A stretch of DNA of 64,000 nt, from positions 26,409,648 through 26,473,647 of the forward strand of contig NC_092673.1 of the NCBI RefSeq assembly GCF_964355755.1. Reading direction: 5' to 3'. Below the pieces are notes generated by a model. That model saw only the letters and a program-made list of their open reading frames with translations, was not told the DNA's origin and did not search any database. This stretch comes from Antedon mediterranea (taxonomy: Eukaryota; Animalia; Echinodermata). Numbering within the stretch: position 1 is the first letter of the stretch; every line of letters starts with the position of its first letter. Position numbers and translations under genes: made by a program. Of the stretch, positions 34,977 to 59,800 are shown piece by piece.

Positions 34977-35110
34977 ATGTTGATATAAAGTTTGCGGTAC
35001 ACCACATGTATTAGTTCTGAAAAGAACTGTTGAGTTTCTCCTAAACGAGAAACTCAGCAGTTCGTTTCAGAACTAATACATGTGGTGTACCGCAAACTTT
35101 ATATCAACAT
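34977..35110. repeat. Near-perfect inverted repeat (64-bp arms, 6-nt loop) in the SMC3 3' UTR
   Basis: 34977-35040 is the reverse complement of 35047-35110 with 2 differences; loop CTAAAC. Confidence 0.95.
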
Positions 35111-35493
35111 ACTGACTGTACATTGTAAAAAGGGCATTTAAGTGTCTCTCTTGGGGCAGTCATATTCACCAATCACACTTAAGTGACATATTTCCCTAAT
35201 TAAGCGTTTCACTTATTTATTTCAATAAATATTTAAGGTGTATGACTTATCAACTTTGTTTCCTTTAGCCTAAGTGTGAATGATGAATACAGTCAATATA
35301 GCCACTGCTTTGTAAATGCTTATATGTTAATAAAAAAAATACATATCTGCTAACCTAACTCCTAACGTTTATCATAGATAATCATATTTATTTCTTTATA
35401 AGTTGAGTTGATATGATTTGATATCAGTCACTTCCAAAAAGCTGCCCTAGACACATTGGTAGTCCTGTAACATTCCAATTCTTGCCCATTTTG

Positions 35494-35634
35494 ATACATT
35501 CAGTTTAGTAAATACCTACTATCATGTTTGTTACATTCATGTTTAATACATTCAGTTTAGTAAAGACCTACTATCATGTTTGTTACATTCATGTTTAATA
35601 CATTCAGTTTAGTAAAGACCTACTACCATGTTTG
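35494..35634. repeat. 52-bp tandem repeat, ~2.7 copies
   Basis: ATACATTCAGTTTAGTAAA(T/G)ACCTACTATCATGTTTG at 35494, 35546, 35598. Confidence 0.85.
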
Positions 35635-38600
35635 CATGGCTATTTTATTTGCACACATGAATATTTTAACTTGGAATAAAACCAATATGCCTGAGAAAAT
35701 AATTTCATATTAATTTGTTGTATTTTAGTAAAGCAGGTAGTTGTAATTAATATGAGTATTGAAGTGTTGAACTGCTTCTACCATTTGTAATAATTATTCT
35801 CATAGTTACTATGTTTTAATCAATCTTGAACATTTACGACCTGGGTATATTGATTAAATCATTATTTACGTTACACAGTATTTGCTGAAAAGCAATCTCT
35901 ATTTTATGGAGAAAGCTAACTACACACTATTATTGTTATGTAAATATTGTTTTAATTTGGTTATGGTTATTATTGCAGTTTTCTTCTTTGCTAAAACTGT
36001 GTTATTATCTACTTCTTGTTAATTGTGAGATAACCGATTGTCTATTTGTTATTCTACTGTTATTGATATAGTTGTTAACTAGCATGTCTATTGTATATTC
36101 ATTAATCGTTGAAATATTGTTGTTTTTGATTGATAGATAGATTTGATGAAACTTGTTACCAATATTACCTAGTTGATTGGTCACTTTTGTTATACATAGT
36201 AAATTGCATGTTCCATCGTACGAAATAAAGTTTAAATATTTCCAACATATATGTTTGTGGTTTATTGTTAATACAACACAAACAGAACATGAATAGAACT
36301 CCCACTGAGGTACGTACTTAGACAGGCATATTTATATTTTGAAATATTACATTCTTGCCTTCACTAGGGGTGTCTAGAAAACTAAGACCTAAGCTATCTA
36401 GACACACCTTAACTAGAGTAACTATGGTAATTGTTACTTTGGCATAATAACAGTTTTTGATTATCGAATACCTTTCAACATCAAGTTTGATTGTTATACA
36501 AAACAGTGCATATGGATATGCCCTCTAAAGAAGAGGATGTACTGCAATACCATTATGGAATATGTATATTGCCTCCGTATAAACTGCTGTTAAAACAATA
36601 CGCTACATAAACCACCTGTATAATATTCTGGTATGTCTCTTGTTTAGCGCAAATGGGTTCGATTGATATGTTCAATTACCGTTTATTAGATATTGTATAT
36701 TTTCTTGTATTTAAACTGTATTTCACTAGCATGATTATAGTATCGAATAGTGGCTTTCTCAGCTTGAACCATAGAATCACAGCAGGCCGTACAAGGTTAC
36801 TAGTAAATAAACCACTTGTTCTTTCAACCTTTATGCTTATTCAATCTTTACTAAGCCAGCCTCCATAGGTAAAGCACATACAGTATTCGTTAAAGTCAAC
36901 ACTATGTATTACCTGATGACATAGTAGGATTTTAGTTCGTCAAAGGATCTGAAATAGTCACATTAGAATTAATCAACTGTCGTCCGTCAAAACAATGGTG
37001 GGTATTGTTTCTTTTTGTCCGAAGTTTCGCCTGAAAAGAAAAGAGTAGGAGTAAAGTTAGGACTACATTATTAAGATTTATAGACCCCTATACCAGCCTG
37101 CCTACTATAACACATTTATTTACTTTCACAGCACGTAAGCACGAGTAGGTTTAAGTCTGGTTTGTATTGTACTTAAGTAGGTTTTTAAAGATGTCTGGGA
37201 AATTGTACAGACGCGAACCTGTATAGGCATTTCCGTTATATTTACATTTAACCTTTACTTCGAAAGGTTAGAGAAGAGATCTAAATGCGTGATGTAGGCC
37301 TATGAGAGCACGGACTGGAATAAATGCTTACTTTCCCTGTAAATGTATAAATTTGGCCAGATAATCTGGTATAAACTAGTATTATATATTTTTAATCAAT
37401 TTCAATAGTGGTTTACTTGAATCCAGGTATGTCTTTTATGAAAAACTGATATAACCCTGCTGCTTGCTAAAATGATGCCCTTTTTTAACCCGGGGTTATG
37501 GACGAGTAGCATCGCCTAATTGCAATTATAAACACTAAACATTTCATAACACATTCTAAGTGAAAAGACGTGCAGTATCTGATGTAAACTAATATCCACA
37601 ATTATTGGTAGTAGGCCAACAAACATGCTGATATCGAAACTTCGATCACGATAGATTCACGACATGGTTGTTTATGTTACCTCCACCAGATTGCTATAGG
37701 CCTATAAGATTAACGCCCACACTTCTGAGGTGAAAGGTTAGGCTTTTAGTCCGGTTTCCAAAATTTCTATTTCTATTCATTTCCACAATAGTCCTATAAC
37801 AACATATAATTTACACAATACCATAATGATAAGTACTACAGTAGTTTTAATTAATAGATAAACTTGCTCATAAATACAACTTGAAAACAATTAGTTGTCA
37901 GGGTTGGGGTGGGGGTGGGGAGAGTCAGAAAGTTCGACCCACCCCAATATATAACATATAACAAATATTCATGTTGTAGGCCTAAAACGTCATTATACTC
38001 ACTGATACAACATTAATGTCATCGTACTATAATATTAACACGTCTGTATCAATTAAATAACGGATAGTTCTAATTTTAACTTGCTGTTCCCCGTGATCAA
38101 GGCGTAACACGCGTACATTCCAAACTGTATCTCCCGCTCTACAAAACCAGATAGATATTCCAATTATGCTGTCAGATGGTACACTTTCCATTCCTAGGCC
38201 AGCGTGTTGCCAATTTTCTACCCGTCATTTGCTCATACCCTTACCATCGTAACTGTCATCACTAATTCCAATCAAGGCGTATCTTTTTATTTTTAAAGAA
38301 TCGGCTTAGATTCTCATTGAAAACATTGTCGACAACGATTTAAACATTTATTAATTTCTATCAATGGTAAACAATACAATCCAAAATGGTAATATATAAT
38401 AGTCACGCGAGAACCATAAACAAAAAGAAAAAAAATGCATTTGTATTTATAAAAGAAAATAACAACAACAATTTGTGATGTGTGATTTGTAATATGTTTA
38501 CAAAAAGTTAAGAGAGAGTTAACAATACTGGTACATGACATACGAATGGACAAAAGTAAAAATTCTTTCATTTTTTGTTTTTTTTTCCATATGGAATGCA

Positions 38601-39884
38601 TGCATGAATGCAAAAATGACACCTTTTCATAAATTGGTCATGATTTCAAATTTCTGCTGTAGGCCTAAACTAAGACGGATAACAACGACATCATCTTGGG
38701 GTACATTTTCATTGATCGCGTGCTAGTAAAGTTGCCTATCCGCTCATCAGCTGTTAACAATAACACGATAGCTCGTCTTTGATACGGGGACCTAACCTTC
38801 GATCAAAGTATAATGTCCCCTGGCCATCGGGACCCTTCACGTGTGACGATATTCAATCTCCTTTTTGACGTTAACTTGATACTAAACTTACGAATGCTGA
38901 CAGTTTAAGATCACCTTTGTTGATTTTAAGGTGAAACTATCTGCAGGTGTACGGTGACCCATCTTTTGTTGAATACCTGACAACCAGCATGAGTTGGTAT
39001 CGATGTTGTTGAATACCATGGATAATAGCCAGTCATTAATAAAATACCTTCGTTATAATGAGATGACCGGAGGTGTGGTCAGATTTGAACCAATCACCAT
39101 GTATTATATTGTGCTTATGGTTAATGGTTTTAAATTTGTATGCGGCGCATAATACAAATAGGCATTAGTCTCTATGATGGATGATTGCAAAATAATGACC
39201 GAACATGGTGGAAATAATCATTAATACGGGATTATTTATTATTTTAATATTGATGATAATGATTAATGAGGCCGTGATTACATGATATCTGTAACTTTCG
39301 CCTATAAGATACGAATTAAGAAACATGAGACATCTGGATACACTTTGGTTGCTTATATAAAGAATATGCTCTATGATCTTTTAAGTGCCATGTCTACAGA
39401 CATGATTAATTAACTGCTGTCAGGATACAATGTATTTAATTTAATAGACTTTATGATTTATACTGTATTATGCCAAAAAATAGTTTTTCACTTGTCAACG
39501 GTCACGTAGGCCACATGCGTCCAGCTCAAGAAAGGTAACACATTTTCGTCTTCCAAACATAATTTACAGTAGGTTTGGCCTATGATTTTACCAAGAAAAT
39601 CTACACCAACACCCCACACTCATACTAAGTCCCTCAGTTTCATGAAAATTAAAAGTTTGGCAAGCTAGTTTCATTCAATTTCGACGTTGGTATGGTAACT
39701 CATTTTCCGAGGAGCACATGCCGAAACCTGGAAATTCTGGATTAATTTGTCTCCTCCCTAATTCAAACAGCCAGTAACCATCTGAAGTATTTTTACTATG
39801 TCCAATTGTCCAGGCAGGTATCTGTTTTCGATATGTTTCGATTCTTCGGTTTTGTGTACGTGTGAAACTAAACCGAGCTCAATG

Positions 39885-40122
39885 GTTGCTGACGTCATAA
39901 CTCATCAAACGTCAAAATAACTTGCTCAAGGTTTAGTCGAGTCAAAACTATCGGTCGGTCGACACCTACCGACTTTAACTTCTAGGCTGGCTGGATTATT
40001 ACTTCAAAGTCTCCTATTGGAACTGTAGCTTTTCATCGGAAAGTTGCTGCCAACTCAGATCATTACATTTTATCGGGCATATACCTTGGAAGTTAGGATA
40101 TTTCACAAGAATTGAGGTAAGT
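39885..40122 (+). promoter_or_regulatory. Candidate promoter and non-coding first exon of the LOXL gene
   Basis: CRE TGACGTCA 39890-39897 and strong donor GAG|GTAAGT at 40117; the first coding exon has an acceptor at 42626 upstream of the ATG, implying an upstream UTR exon. Confidence 0.4.
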
Positions 40123-42643
40123 TGTCACAGCAATTACAATGTAGTTTTGTAATTTTGTAAACTCAACACGACCTTTAGCAAAAGTTATCAGCTTCCTACC
40201 TTGTCTGTGTAGTATTCATATAGGAATTTCGGGAGGAATTTGAATGCTTTACTAGATGTCAGTTGCTAATGTATTGTATTGCTTTTATTTATGACAATTT
40301 GTATTAATGGTATTTTTAACTATAGCTCTACGCAAAGTGAGACTACGACGACGTGTTATTATTTGTAAAACTATTTTAATGTTATTGACAATAATTAATT
40401 GTGAAAATACAGTATTATTAATTATTTCCGTGGAACACACAATGATTCACACTCGTAAGTATGTATATCATATTAAACAGTATGTCAGTTCTATGGTATT
40501 TTTCTACCACGATTTATCAATAATCATATCAAGATAACATACTATAGAATATCAAGCGAAACAAATGTTTTCAAAACATTTTCTCAACATTCATTAGTAT
40601 AGGCCAATTTTGACGTCACAATTTTTGTAGAAATGTCCTGTTTTCGTCAAAAGCAACCATATTAAGAGTAAAACAATATCGTTATCTCTATAAATATATA
40701 ATATAAATGGGCATAGCAATCTGAAATATGCTGGGACGACATTTCAACTTCTATATCTCTCTTCCCGGATTATTATAAGAAATAGGATTTACACTACAGG
40801 ACAGACAGATTTGAAACAGTAGCAATATCAATACAGGATGCAGTGGTTGAAATATTAATACAATCAAGACGGTTCACCTCACCCGAACACATTTACGACG
40901 AGCCATGATTAACGTTGAAAGTCAAATATGTCTGAAATTGTTTGATTTACTCATCATCCAAGTGGGGGTCAATGGGAGCCTTGTGTTAAGATAAGATAAA
41001 AATAGGACAACTTTATTTCGTCCACAAAACAAGTGGAAATAATGTCTCATACAAAGTTAAAATATTAACGGAAAAACAAATAACAAAACAATTCTATCCT
41101 AAAGTTATCAACATCAAATTATCTGAATGATGCGTTCTTAAAAATGACGTTTATTATCACTTTTAAAAACAACTAGACTACTCGATCGAACAAATAATTT
41201 ATTTTATTTATTACAATTTTGGTCATTTTTGTAGGGTATAAACATCACAAAGAATTAAACATGTGTATAAAACGTGTTAAGTCTACCAAATATAGGTATT
41301 TACACGTTTGTGCATTTCGCTCTACAAACATCCTACCGTACTAAATGATTGACCACATTCTGGTATAGTATCGTTTTGAATCGTTGATATATCCTTCACC
41401 TTAACACTTTTTCTTTCTTTTCGGTATTTTGCCCTTCACTTAATTTTCCCCGTACTAAAGCTGGAACTATATTGACCGAATGACTGTTAATATTGATCAG
41501 AGAACTGGTCGTGTCAAGGGAAAATGTCTTGAGGAAGTTAGGTATTAATGAACTATAATATCGGAAGTCAATGGCGCGCATTTAATTTTATTGTCTGAAC
41601 GCTGCTGCTAATGGTAGAAGTCAATTTTTAATCATATATTCTATTCGTGATTCCTCTTCTGCAACAGTTTGTTTAACACGATCCGGTCCTCTAACCCCCA
41701 AAACCCTTACATTTCGAATTGTATTATTATATTATAGGCATCGGTGACATCACAGAGATACATTCTGTGTATTAATAATAGTATTATTACTAGCGAACGT
41801 GGCAAAAAAAAAGCATTTCCAAAAAACATGGTCAGAAATAAATAATAGGTACTACCAATCAAAATCCATTCTTGCGTGGGTTAAAAATAGGCTAGTAATG
41901 TTTCGATTTACATTAAATGGGACACGTGGATACCAGCTGTTATAGTGTCTGACCATCGAATAAAATCAGACGATTTTGAGGTTTTAATACATTGAAATAA
42001 TATTGGATTTGCGTACGTGTGGTTACGTCATTATCGTGGTGGATTGAGTTAGCTTATTATTAACCATTCCCAGGCCAGTCGACGTGGGACGTGATGACTT
42101 TTTTTGTTTGAATCAATTTTTTATGATTTGCGTATAATGTTTCGTTACTTTTCTATTGCTGGAACCAAACTATACATTTTTAATTTCTCACATGGATTTA
42201 TTTTGATTGTCTGCGTTTCTGAAGGTCATTGGTTCAAATCCTACTTAGGTGATAACATTTACCCTGCAACTATTGAACAATATACGAGTAATTTTCGGCT
42301 TCGTAATTTAGCCCCTTTATGCCTATATTTACTATTTATGTTTCGTTTCAAATACTTATAATTGGGTATTTTTCTTTTGATTTATGAGGGCAGTTCCATT
42401 ACGTAAATCAATATGAAACAAACATAAAAAGCATGTATTGTACAGACCTATTCGTTTATTTTACTTATGTTGCTTATATTGTGGAAATTTTGTTATTCTC
42501 CTGTTTTGTTTAATTGGATATAATGATTTACAATTGTTTATTTTCTATTTATTTTTCATTTTTTATTCTATTTCTCTTTATATCGCCTACATTTTTGTTA
42601 AAACTTTTCTTTTTCTGTTTAAATAGATAATAATAATAATAAT

Positions 42644-52596
<9,953 letters not shown>

Positions 52597-53874
52597 TGGA
52601 TGCAGATTATGCTGACGAAAACGATATTTGGACGATTCCATCTTGTTTGAATTCAGAAGATGTTAAAAATGATGGAGATATGTTCGGGTATTTTTGTAGT
52701 GTTGCGTCAAAATAGATGTGAACAGAAATAACACGTTTATATTATCAGGCATATTTTGTCAAATCGAGATATTTTTTTATTCCATATTCTTACAACGAAC
52801 ATAATATTTTTTAATATACTGTGATAGATTTTGTGGGTGAATAAAATTGAATTTACAATTAATAAAACAATGTCACCTCTAGGCCTAATATATGTGTATA
52901 TTCCATTTTCCTTCTTTTTGTGTACATTTTGATAATCAAATTGAAATATATAAAGTTAAGGAGTTAATATTGTTTTTTAGCCTACTATTTAGGATAATTA
53001 TTTTAGACCAAAAAAATCAATGTAATAATGTTTCATCGAAATTGAATACGTCAAAAAGTCAATCAATGCATTTAAAAATGTGTCAATTGTCCATGAATCA
53101 ATTAAAAAAAACGGTGGATGAACCGATCCGAATTATCGTATGGGGAGTGGAATATTATTTAAGCGTGGGGAAAACAAAATAATTACTCCATGATTAGACA
53201 CACAAAAACTGGCCACTTTGGACATGGATATAGCCTCAATTGACTCGAGACCCACTTATATAAGATTACACTGATATTTTTTGTGTTGTGTTTTATTACC
53301 ATATCTTATATAGGCCTAATTATATTTTACCAACATCGATGTTGTTGTTTTATAAACATTGAAATACGATTTATTGCTGACGATAAGTAGTAGTGTTATT
53401 TTAATTGATATACATAAGACAAAACCAAACTAAAATATGTCTTTAATATTGTTGTTTATAGTGTTTTTATTGTTTGACGAAGTACAAAAACATTCTTCAT
53501 ATCCCAGCTGTAGGCCTACAGGCCTGTATATTTAATGTTCCCTGCTTTGCAGTAGAATACAGTAAATAGAATTCTTGCAAACAAACAATGTCAAATATAA
53601 AAATGGTTAAGAACTAATTTGACAGACAGACCGACATAACATGAAAACCGACATACGGTCATGGCAATCTAAAATTAATAAAATAATGTAAGGCCTCGTT
53701 TTATTAAGCGATAAAAATTATTCATGAGGGGGCGTGTCATTAATTGTGCGGAACAGCTTGACGTTTGTTGCCAAGTTTCAATGCGGTGAACCTGTTGTTT
53801 CGAGACGTGCTGCTTACTTTTTCAAAGTTCACTTTCCTACATCCAAATCATTCTACAGCTGATTAAAGTAACAC

Positions 53875-56800
53875 ATGTCTGGTAAGTCATTTGTATGAAT
53901 TAAAATTGGTTGTTTAGGAAGGTATTTTGTAGGCATTTAAGATTGTTTATCATTGTTTGAGCTAGGCCTACCTGCACCTTTTGTGTTCGGAAAGGACGGT
54001 GGTCTCAGTCACAGTGTGGAATCCGTAATCGAGGCACTGCATGTACTGTGCTGTAGGCCTAGGCTACAAACACGTACAACAGACCGTGTATATAAAGTAT
54101 GCTATGGGTTTATTTCGCTGGCCTACAATATAATAGGCTAAAGCCTACATTTAATTGTCTAGGCCTAGTATACTAAACTTTGTTTGTGAATTGTTGTTGA
54201 TTGAGTATCTATTTACACACACTAGGCCTATCACTGTGTGACTATATGATTATATGAGTAGCAACAGGCCTACTCTAGGCTAGTACTATCTATGCCTAGT
54301 AAGTTAGGGTAAGTAGTCTAGGCCTAGAGTAATACTAGTACTGGCCTAGTAAGTAGTAGTAGTTTACAAACATTGTAATTGTTTATTTGCATAGCACCAC
54401 CAAAACCAGAGCCCCCTGTTATAGGGAAAGTAACCCATCATAGCATTGAGCTGTATTGGGATAAGGCAGGAACTACAGACAATGTGCCGAAGGGAGACGG
54501 GCGTTTACGATTTACAATTCAAGAAGAGGACAGGACAGGTGGCTGGGGAAATGTTTACACGTAAGTATTTTAATTAATATAGTTGTGGTGGGTGTAGACT
54601 GACAGGGTCACCTCCAGTTTACTTAATATCTTCAACCGCCACCCACACTATCTAACCTTGTTGTGTATGTAATACATACCTGTTTATTTATTTCAATTGT
54701 TAAAACACTTTATAGTATAATAGAAAATTGGTGCAGTATAAATTTCCTATTCGTTAAACTGTAGAGCATAACAAATGTTGTGTCTTGAGGAAACAGCTTA
54801 TTTACAATTATTTGATTAAAATGAAGTCTAAAATATTAACAGCATCATAGATTCTTTGATTTAAGTTAAGACATTTGAGATCATTTATATTTTATAAAAT
54901 GTTCTAATTGATAGATTATGTAAAATGAAATAATAATGTTTTTCTAACTGATTTTGATGTTGAAAGATACAACATTTAATAAGATCAGAATTTACAATAT
55001 TTAATGGAAATACGAACCTGCAAACCGATTATTTTTAATTTAACTATTGAATGTTAAATTGGTACTTTCAATTACATTCTTCAAAGTTAATTATTGCAAG
55101 CACCAAATGAGTATAGACTTAAATGTATTGAGATTAATAAACAGGTATATATTACAGTCAAGATTGGAATTTAATAACAGCCTCACAAAAACTTGATCAA
55201 CAAGTGACTTATTATGCTATACTACAAGGCCAATCAATGTGTCACTTATTGAAAAAAAAAGCATCATGTATTGATTTCTATCCAAAATTGATTTAACATA
55301 CTGAGGTTGCTGTGTCAAAGGTAAAAGAAATTTTGTTTTAATTAAAATCTTTAAATAAAGCACATAATACAATGAATGCAATTATAGGATTACTTACATC
55401 AACATCTTTGAACCTCACTCTCACGCTATTATGAAACTTGAGTGTACAATAAACCTACCGTAATTCAAGAATACAAGCTATTTTCACTACAGTACCTACT
55501 GTACTGACATAATCCACTTGTTCCCACGTTGATATCATTTCAAATAATATACTTATAGTATTTTTCATCTTTGCCTCACTGCTCAATTCTCGAATGAAAC
55601 GAAAATACTTTCTCAAAACGAATATTACAGAAACGGTTCTCTCTAGTACTTCTCATCATAATGAACAATAGAGAGATTGTTTCGAATTTTAATTTAATAT
55701 GCTAGGCTTAAATTATTTGATTAGTTTTAGCATAGAAAGTAAAATTTATGACCTAAAAATGTTGGTAATTCAAGGTTTCTCTGACATTCAACAACATTTT
55801 TTACATATTTTTTTTTATACAAGATGATAAATGGATTATTAGTATTTTAATATCAACAACCATAGTTTACTATAAAATCCTGTCACTTTTACTGCACTTA
55901 CTACATTTTGTTTAGTGTAAAAACGTATTATTTTAGTTTTAATGTAGACATCTATGAGTATGAGGCAGTTACTGCAGTACACAATGTGTACTGCTTATAA
56001 AAAAAGCTTGCTAAATAAAAAAATGAACAAACAGGTTAAAGAGAAAGAAACATTTTGTTACTGCAGTATCTGCAGTAGCATAGTTTTGACATAGTCCCCG
56101 GTAAAACAGAAAAATAACTTTTGTGTTTTGTATTTTTATGCGATATTTTATGTTCAATTTATTTATATAATGAATTGCGAATGATAATAAAGTTCAAAAG
56201 TTGATCATTAAGAAATATAACATTGACTGTTCTCTAGATTTGGTCCTTGCGTGTGAAATAAATTACCACAAACCTATAAAAATATTATTATTTTGTAAAT
56301 AGTCATATTTTTTTATTTGTTACTGAAATTATAAAAACTGTTAATATTATCGCCAATAATTGTTTATCAGGAAATTCATATTTTTTTATAATAAGAAACA
56401 AATTAAGTATTCACAATTATTTTTACAATAACAACAAATAATCTACTATGTTTACCTGGTTTCCATGGATATTCCTGTTTTTAATAGCTCACTCTGATTC
56501 TATTTATAAATCTTACAATAAATTTACAAAGCAATTTATTCACAGAAGGACAACAAAGAACCGCTTATACTTTATAGATTTGTTTTTTTGGTTCTGAATA
56601 CATCTTTATTGTAAAATTACAATTCCTTTCTGTATTGTTGTTTCATTGTTCTTTTCCATCTGATCGCATTAAATTTATTTTTGTCCATAGGTGTCAATAG
56701 CTCTTCTTTGTGGTATTATCTACCTGAAAAACACCTGAAAGTACACTTGATGTATTTAGATAGATTCTTGTAATGGATGGTTTGTTTGATATTTAAAATA

Positions 56801-59800
56801 ATTTCCTCATTCCTGCAGATTAATTCTAATAACTGTACTATTACTAATAGTCAGACAAATATGGATTCTTAAATTTAACATCTATTCAATTCAGTTTCTT
56901 TATTGCTGCAAATGCCATCAAGGGCTAATATCCGCTTAAACATACTACATCATACAAACATACATATTTACATTTAAAATTTAAACACATACAAATTATA
57001 GTCATTTTACATACAATACAGTCTTTTTTTATAAAATATAAAAACTAATGAGTACTGCTAGGCCTAGAATAAATTGAAATTTTCTTATGGTAATGTCGAG
57101 AGTTAGTTTTAGTTTTAGCGTATGTTTTAAGACCAACATTTAACTTGTAGATTGCCCGAGGTGCACATTTTTTAGCCAATATACAGTAGTTAGTTTTTCC
57201 AAGACTATAATAAGTTCTACTGGTAATGATTAGTAAAAGTAACAATTTGTCTTAGTTTAATTAACCCTGAGAGAATTGTATTTGTAGCCAATATTAGGAT
57301 TGGCCTTTTCTTTACCAAATTAGCCGGCGACTTGTTTAATTTGACCAAATTAAGTCCAGTGCGATCGAGGCAGAATTATAATATTAAATGATCTAAATGT
57401 TTCCATCAAGTAGACTACCATAACAAATATTGAAAGTGCTATAACATGATTCGTTAATTAAAGTTAAGTATGACAAGTTTGTCTTGTGTAAAACTGAGCT
57501 TGCCTTCCAATACCAGGGTCCAGGGTTCAATCCTGACCTAGTGCCAGGGTTGTAACTCACTAGTCTTTCAACTCCACTCCTTAAGCATCAAATGAGACTT
57601 AGTTTATAAGCACGATAGTATATTTATCCTGTAATTTGTTGGTTCCTCTTGAAAACAATTTTAAAAACTGAATCAAACTAAACTAGCTCTGTCTACACTA
57701 CACTATCAAACTAGTTTGACAAAAAAAGTGTGATAGTCCCAAATGGTAGTGATATGACATCGTATCCATATATGGTTATGGTATATAAGTTTGATAGTGT
57801 AGACATAGCTTAATACTGTAGTTGCCCAGATTACAGCTATACTCGGCAATACTAAGCTGTGTATTGTAGCTGCCAAACAGTCAACTAGAGTTTAAATATA
57901 AAATACATTAATGATTTGGAATTATTTCTGGAATTCACAGATATTCAACAAAATGATCTTTAGGGTTAATGTGGTACATTAAAAGTACATCATTCATGTT
58001 ATTAAATGTATTTATAAGTCTTTCAATGCCGTCATGTCTGAATGGTAAGTGTAAACACATTTGTTATTACATTCCTTCATTTTGATTTTAAATAGATCTA
58101 TGAATGATATGACACTATTGTCAGAAATTGTGTATTTAGAGTTGCATCTCTTTCTCATACATTTCTGTCCTGTTTTATCATTGCAATCAGTGGCGTAACG
58201 GCTATGTTCACTCACTGGATAAACCCAGGAGCCCCAGAGCTTATGGGAGGCCCTCAGCAGTGCCCAGAGGAAAAAATAGGCATTGGAATATGTAGAAAAA
58301 AGGCTAAAAACACCCGCGTTGAAGGGCCACTTAACGTTCCTAATCCAGGGGCCTCAGGCCTCTGTGTTACGCCACTGATTGCAATATGTAATCCACATAC
58401 TGTATGAAGAGCATTGGATCGATTAGTATTATACTGTTATCAATCTAAAAATAGTACAAAACTGTTGTTATGCTTTATGTTGTCTGAATATATATTATAA
58501 TAATAATGATTTTCATCAATTCGTGTCCATTTTATAAGCACTACAAGTTGCTTAATCACACAAATCAATATTGACAAGATGTATTTAAGTCTGCTTATCT
58601 ATACAATTACCTAATTCTGTCCTGCACTAAGTCAATTTGACCTACTTATATATTCTGAAACTTTCCTACCACACTTTACCAGAACCTTTAAGTACATGCT
58701 TATTCTACTCTTCACTGTTTAACTACCAACAAGCCTCTCTAAACAGGTTTGCACTCAGTAAGCTTGCCCAAGATAGGTTAGCCATTAGTCAGCAAGTAGT
58801 TGAGAGATGTATTAAGGGAAGATTCGTTTAATACTCCTCACAATATTCAAAGAATATTAAGTATTGCATGCAAGTCCACTGTGAGTGTCATTAGTATTAT
58901 CAGGGAGGTATAAAAATAACTGTATCAAATGCTTCAGCACTATCCAATAAAAAGAAAGGATGTGATTGCAAATGCTTTTATCTATATATAAATTTACGTA
59001 AGGGCAAAATTCGGTAAATCGCGCCTTACTTCTAGAATTTTTACACGGTGGTATGTAAAGTTGGTTGGTACTTTCGGTACTGATTTTAACCGCCTGATGT
59101 AACCCTGTTTACTAATTAAATTAAGTTAGTTAATTAGTTATTGACGATTAAAACGAATTTAGGTTCAACGATTTGCCCCAAATAGGGGTGTTTTCCGATC
59201 GTGGTATACACTGTCTAATGGATGTCCGTCTTGAAAAATACCCGCCACAAAAATGCGAGGAGGCTTCGCATTTTCCTATCTCCTCCTACGATAATTGTTT
59301 TTAATAGCTGAAAACCGGTTGAACAGTTCGAGTACAGCATCATAATGTTGAAGACAGGCCGATTTTCTTTAAAAAATACTATTTTGATACATTTAATATA
59401 CGTTTTTACAAATGTATTAATTTGTGATGAATGGAACATTCCAAATTATTTGGTTTAACCATACAGGTATAGATTTAGATTTATGGGCCCCCTTGGAGAA
59501 TAAACATAAATAGTATTGCAATGCTGTACAATACTGTTAAGGTATTAACCACTTTTGATCGCAATTTGAATTGCAAATTTCTTACTGTGAGTGTTGGTAC
59601 TGTTAGATGTAATATAAAAATATATACAAATAAACTTTATTACTGTGAGTGTGGGTAGGCCCTACTGTTAGATTATAAACATATAATATAGAAATAAACA
59701 TTCCAAATTATTTGGTTTAACCATAGAGGTATAGATTTAGATTTATAGGCCCCCTTGGAAAATAAACATAAATAGTATTGCAATGCTGTACAATACTGTT

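Noticed and set aside
36300-39800. Gene in the SMC3-LOXL intergenic region
   Set aside because: Only short compositionally biased ORFs and no coherent exon chain.
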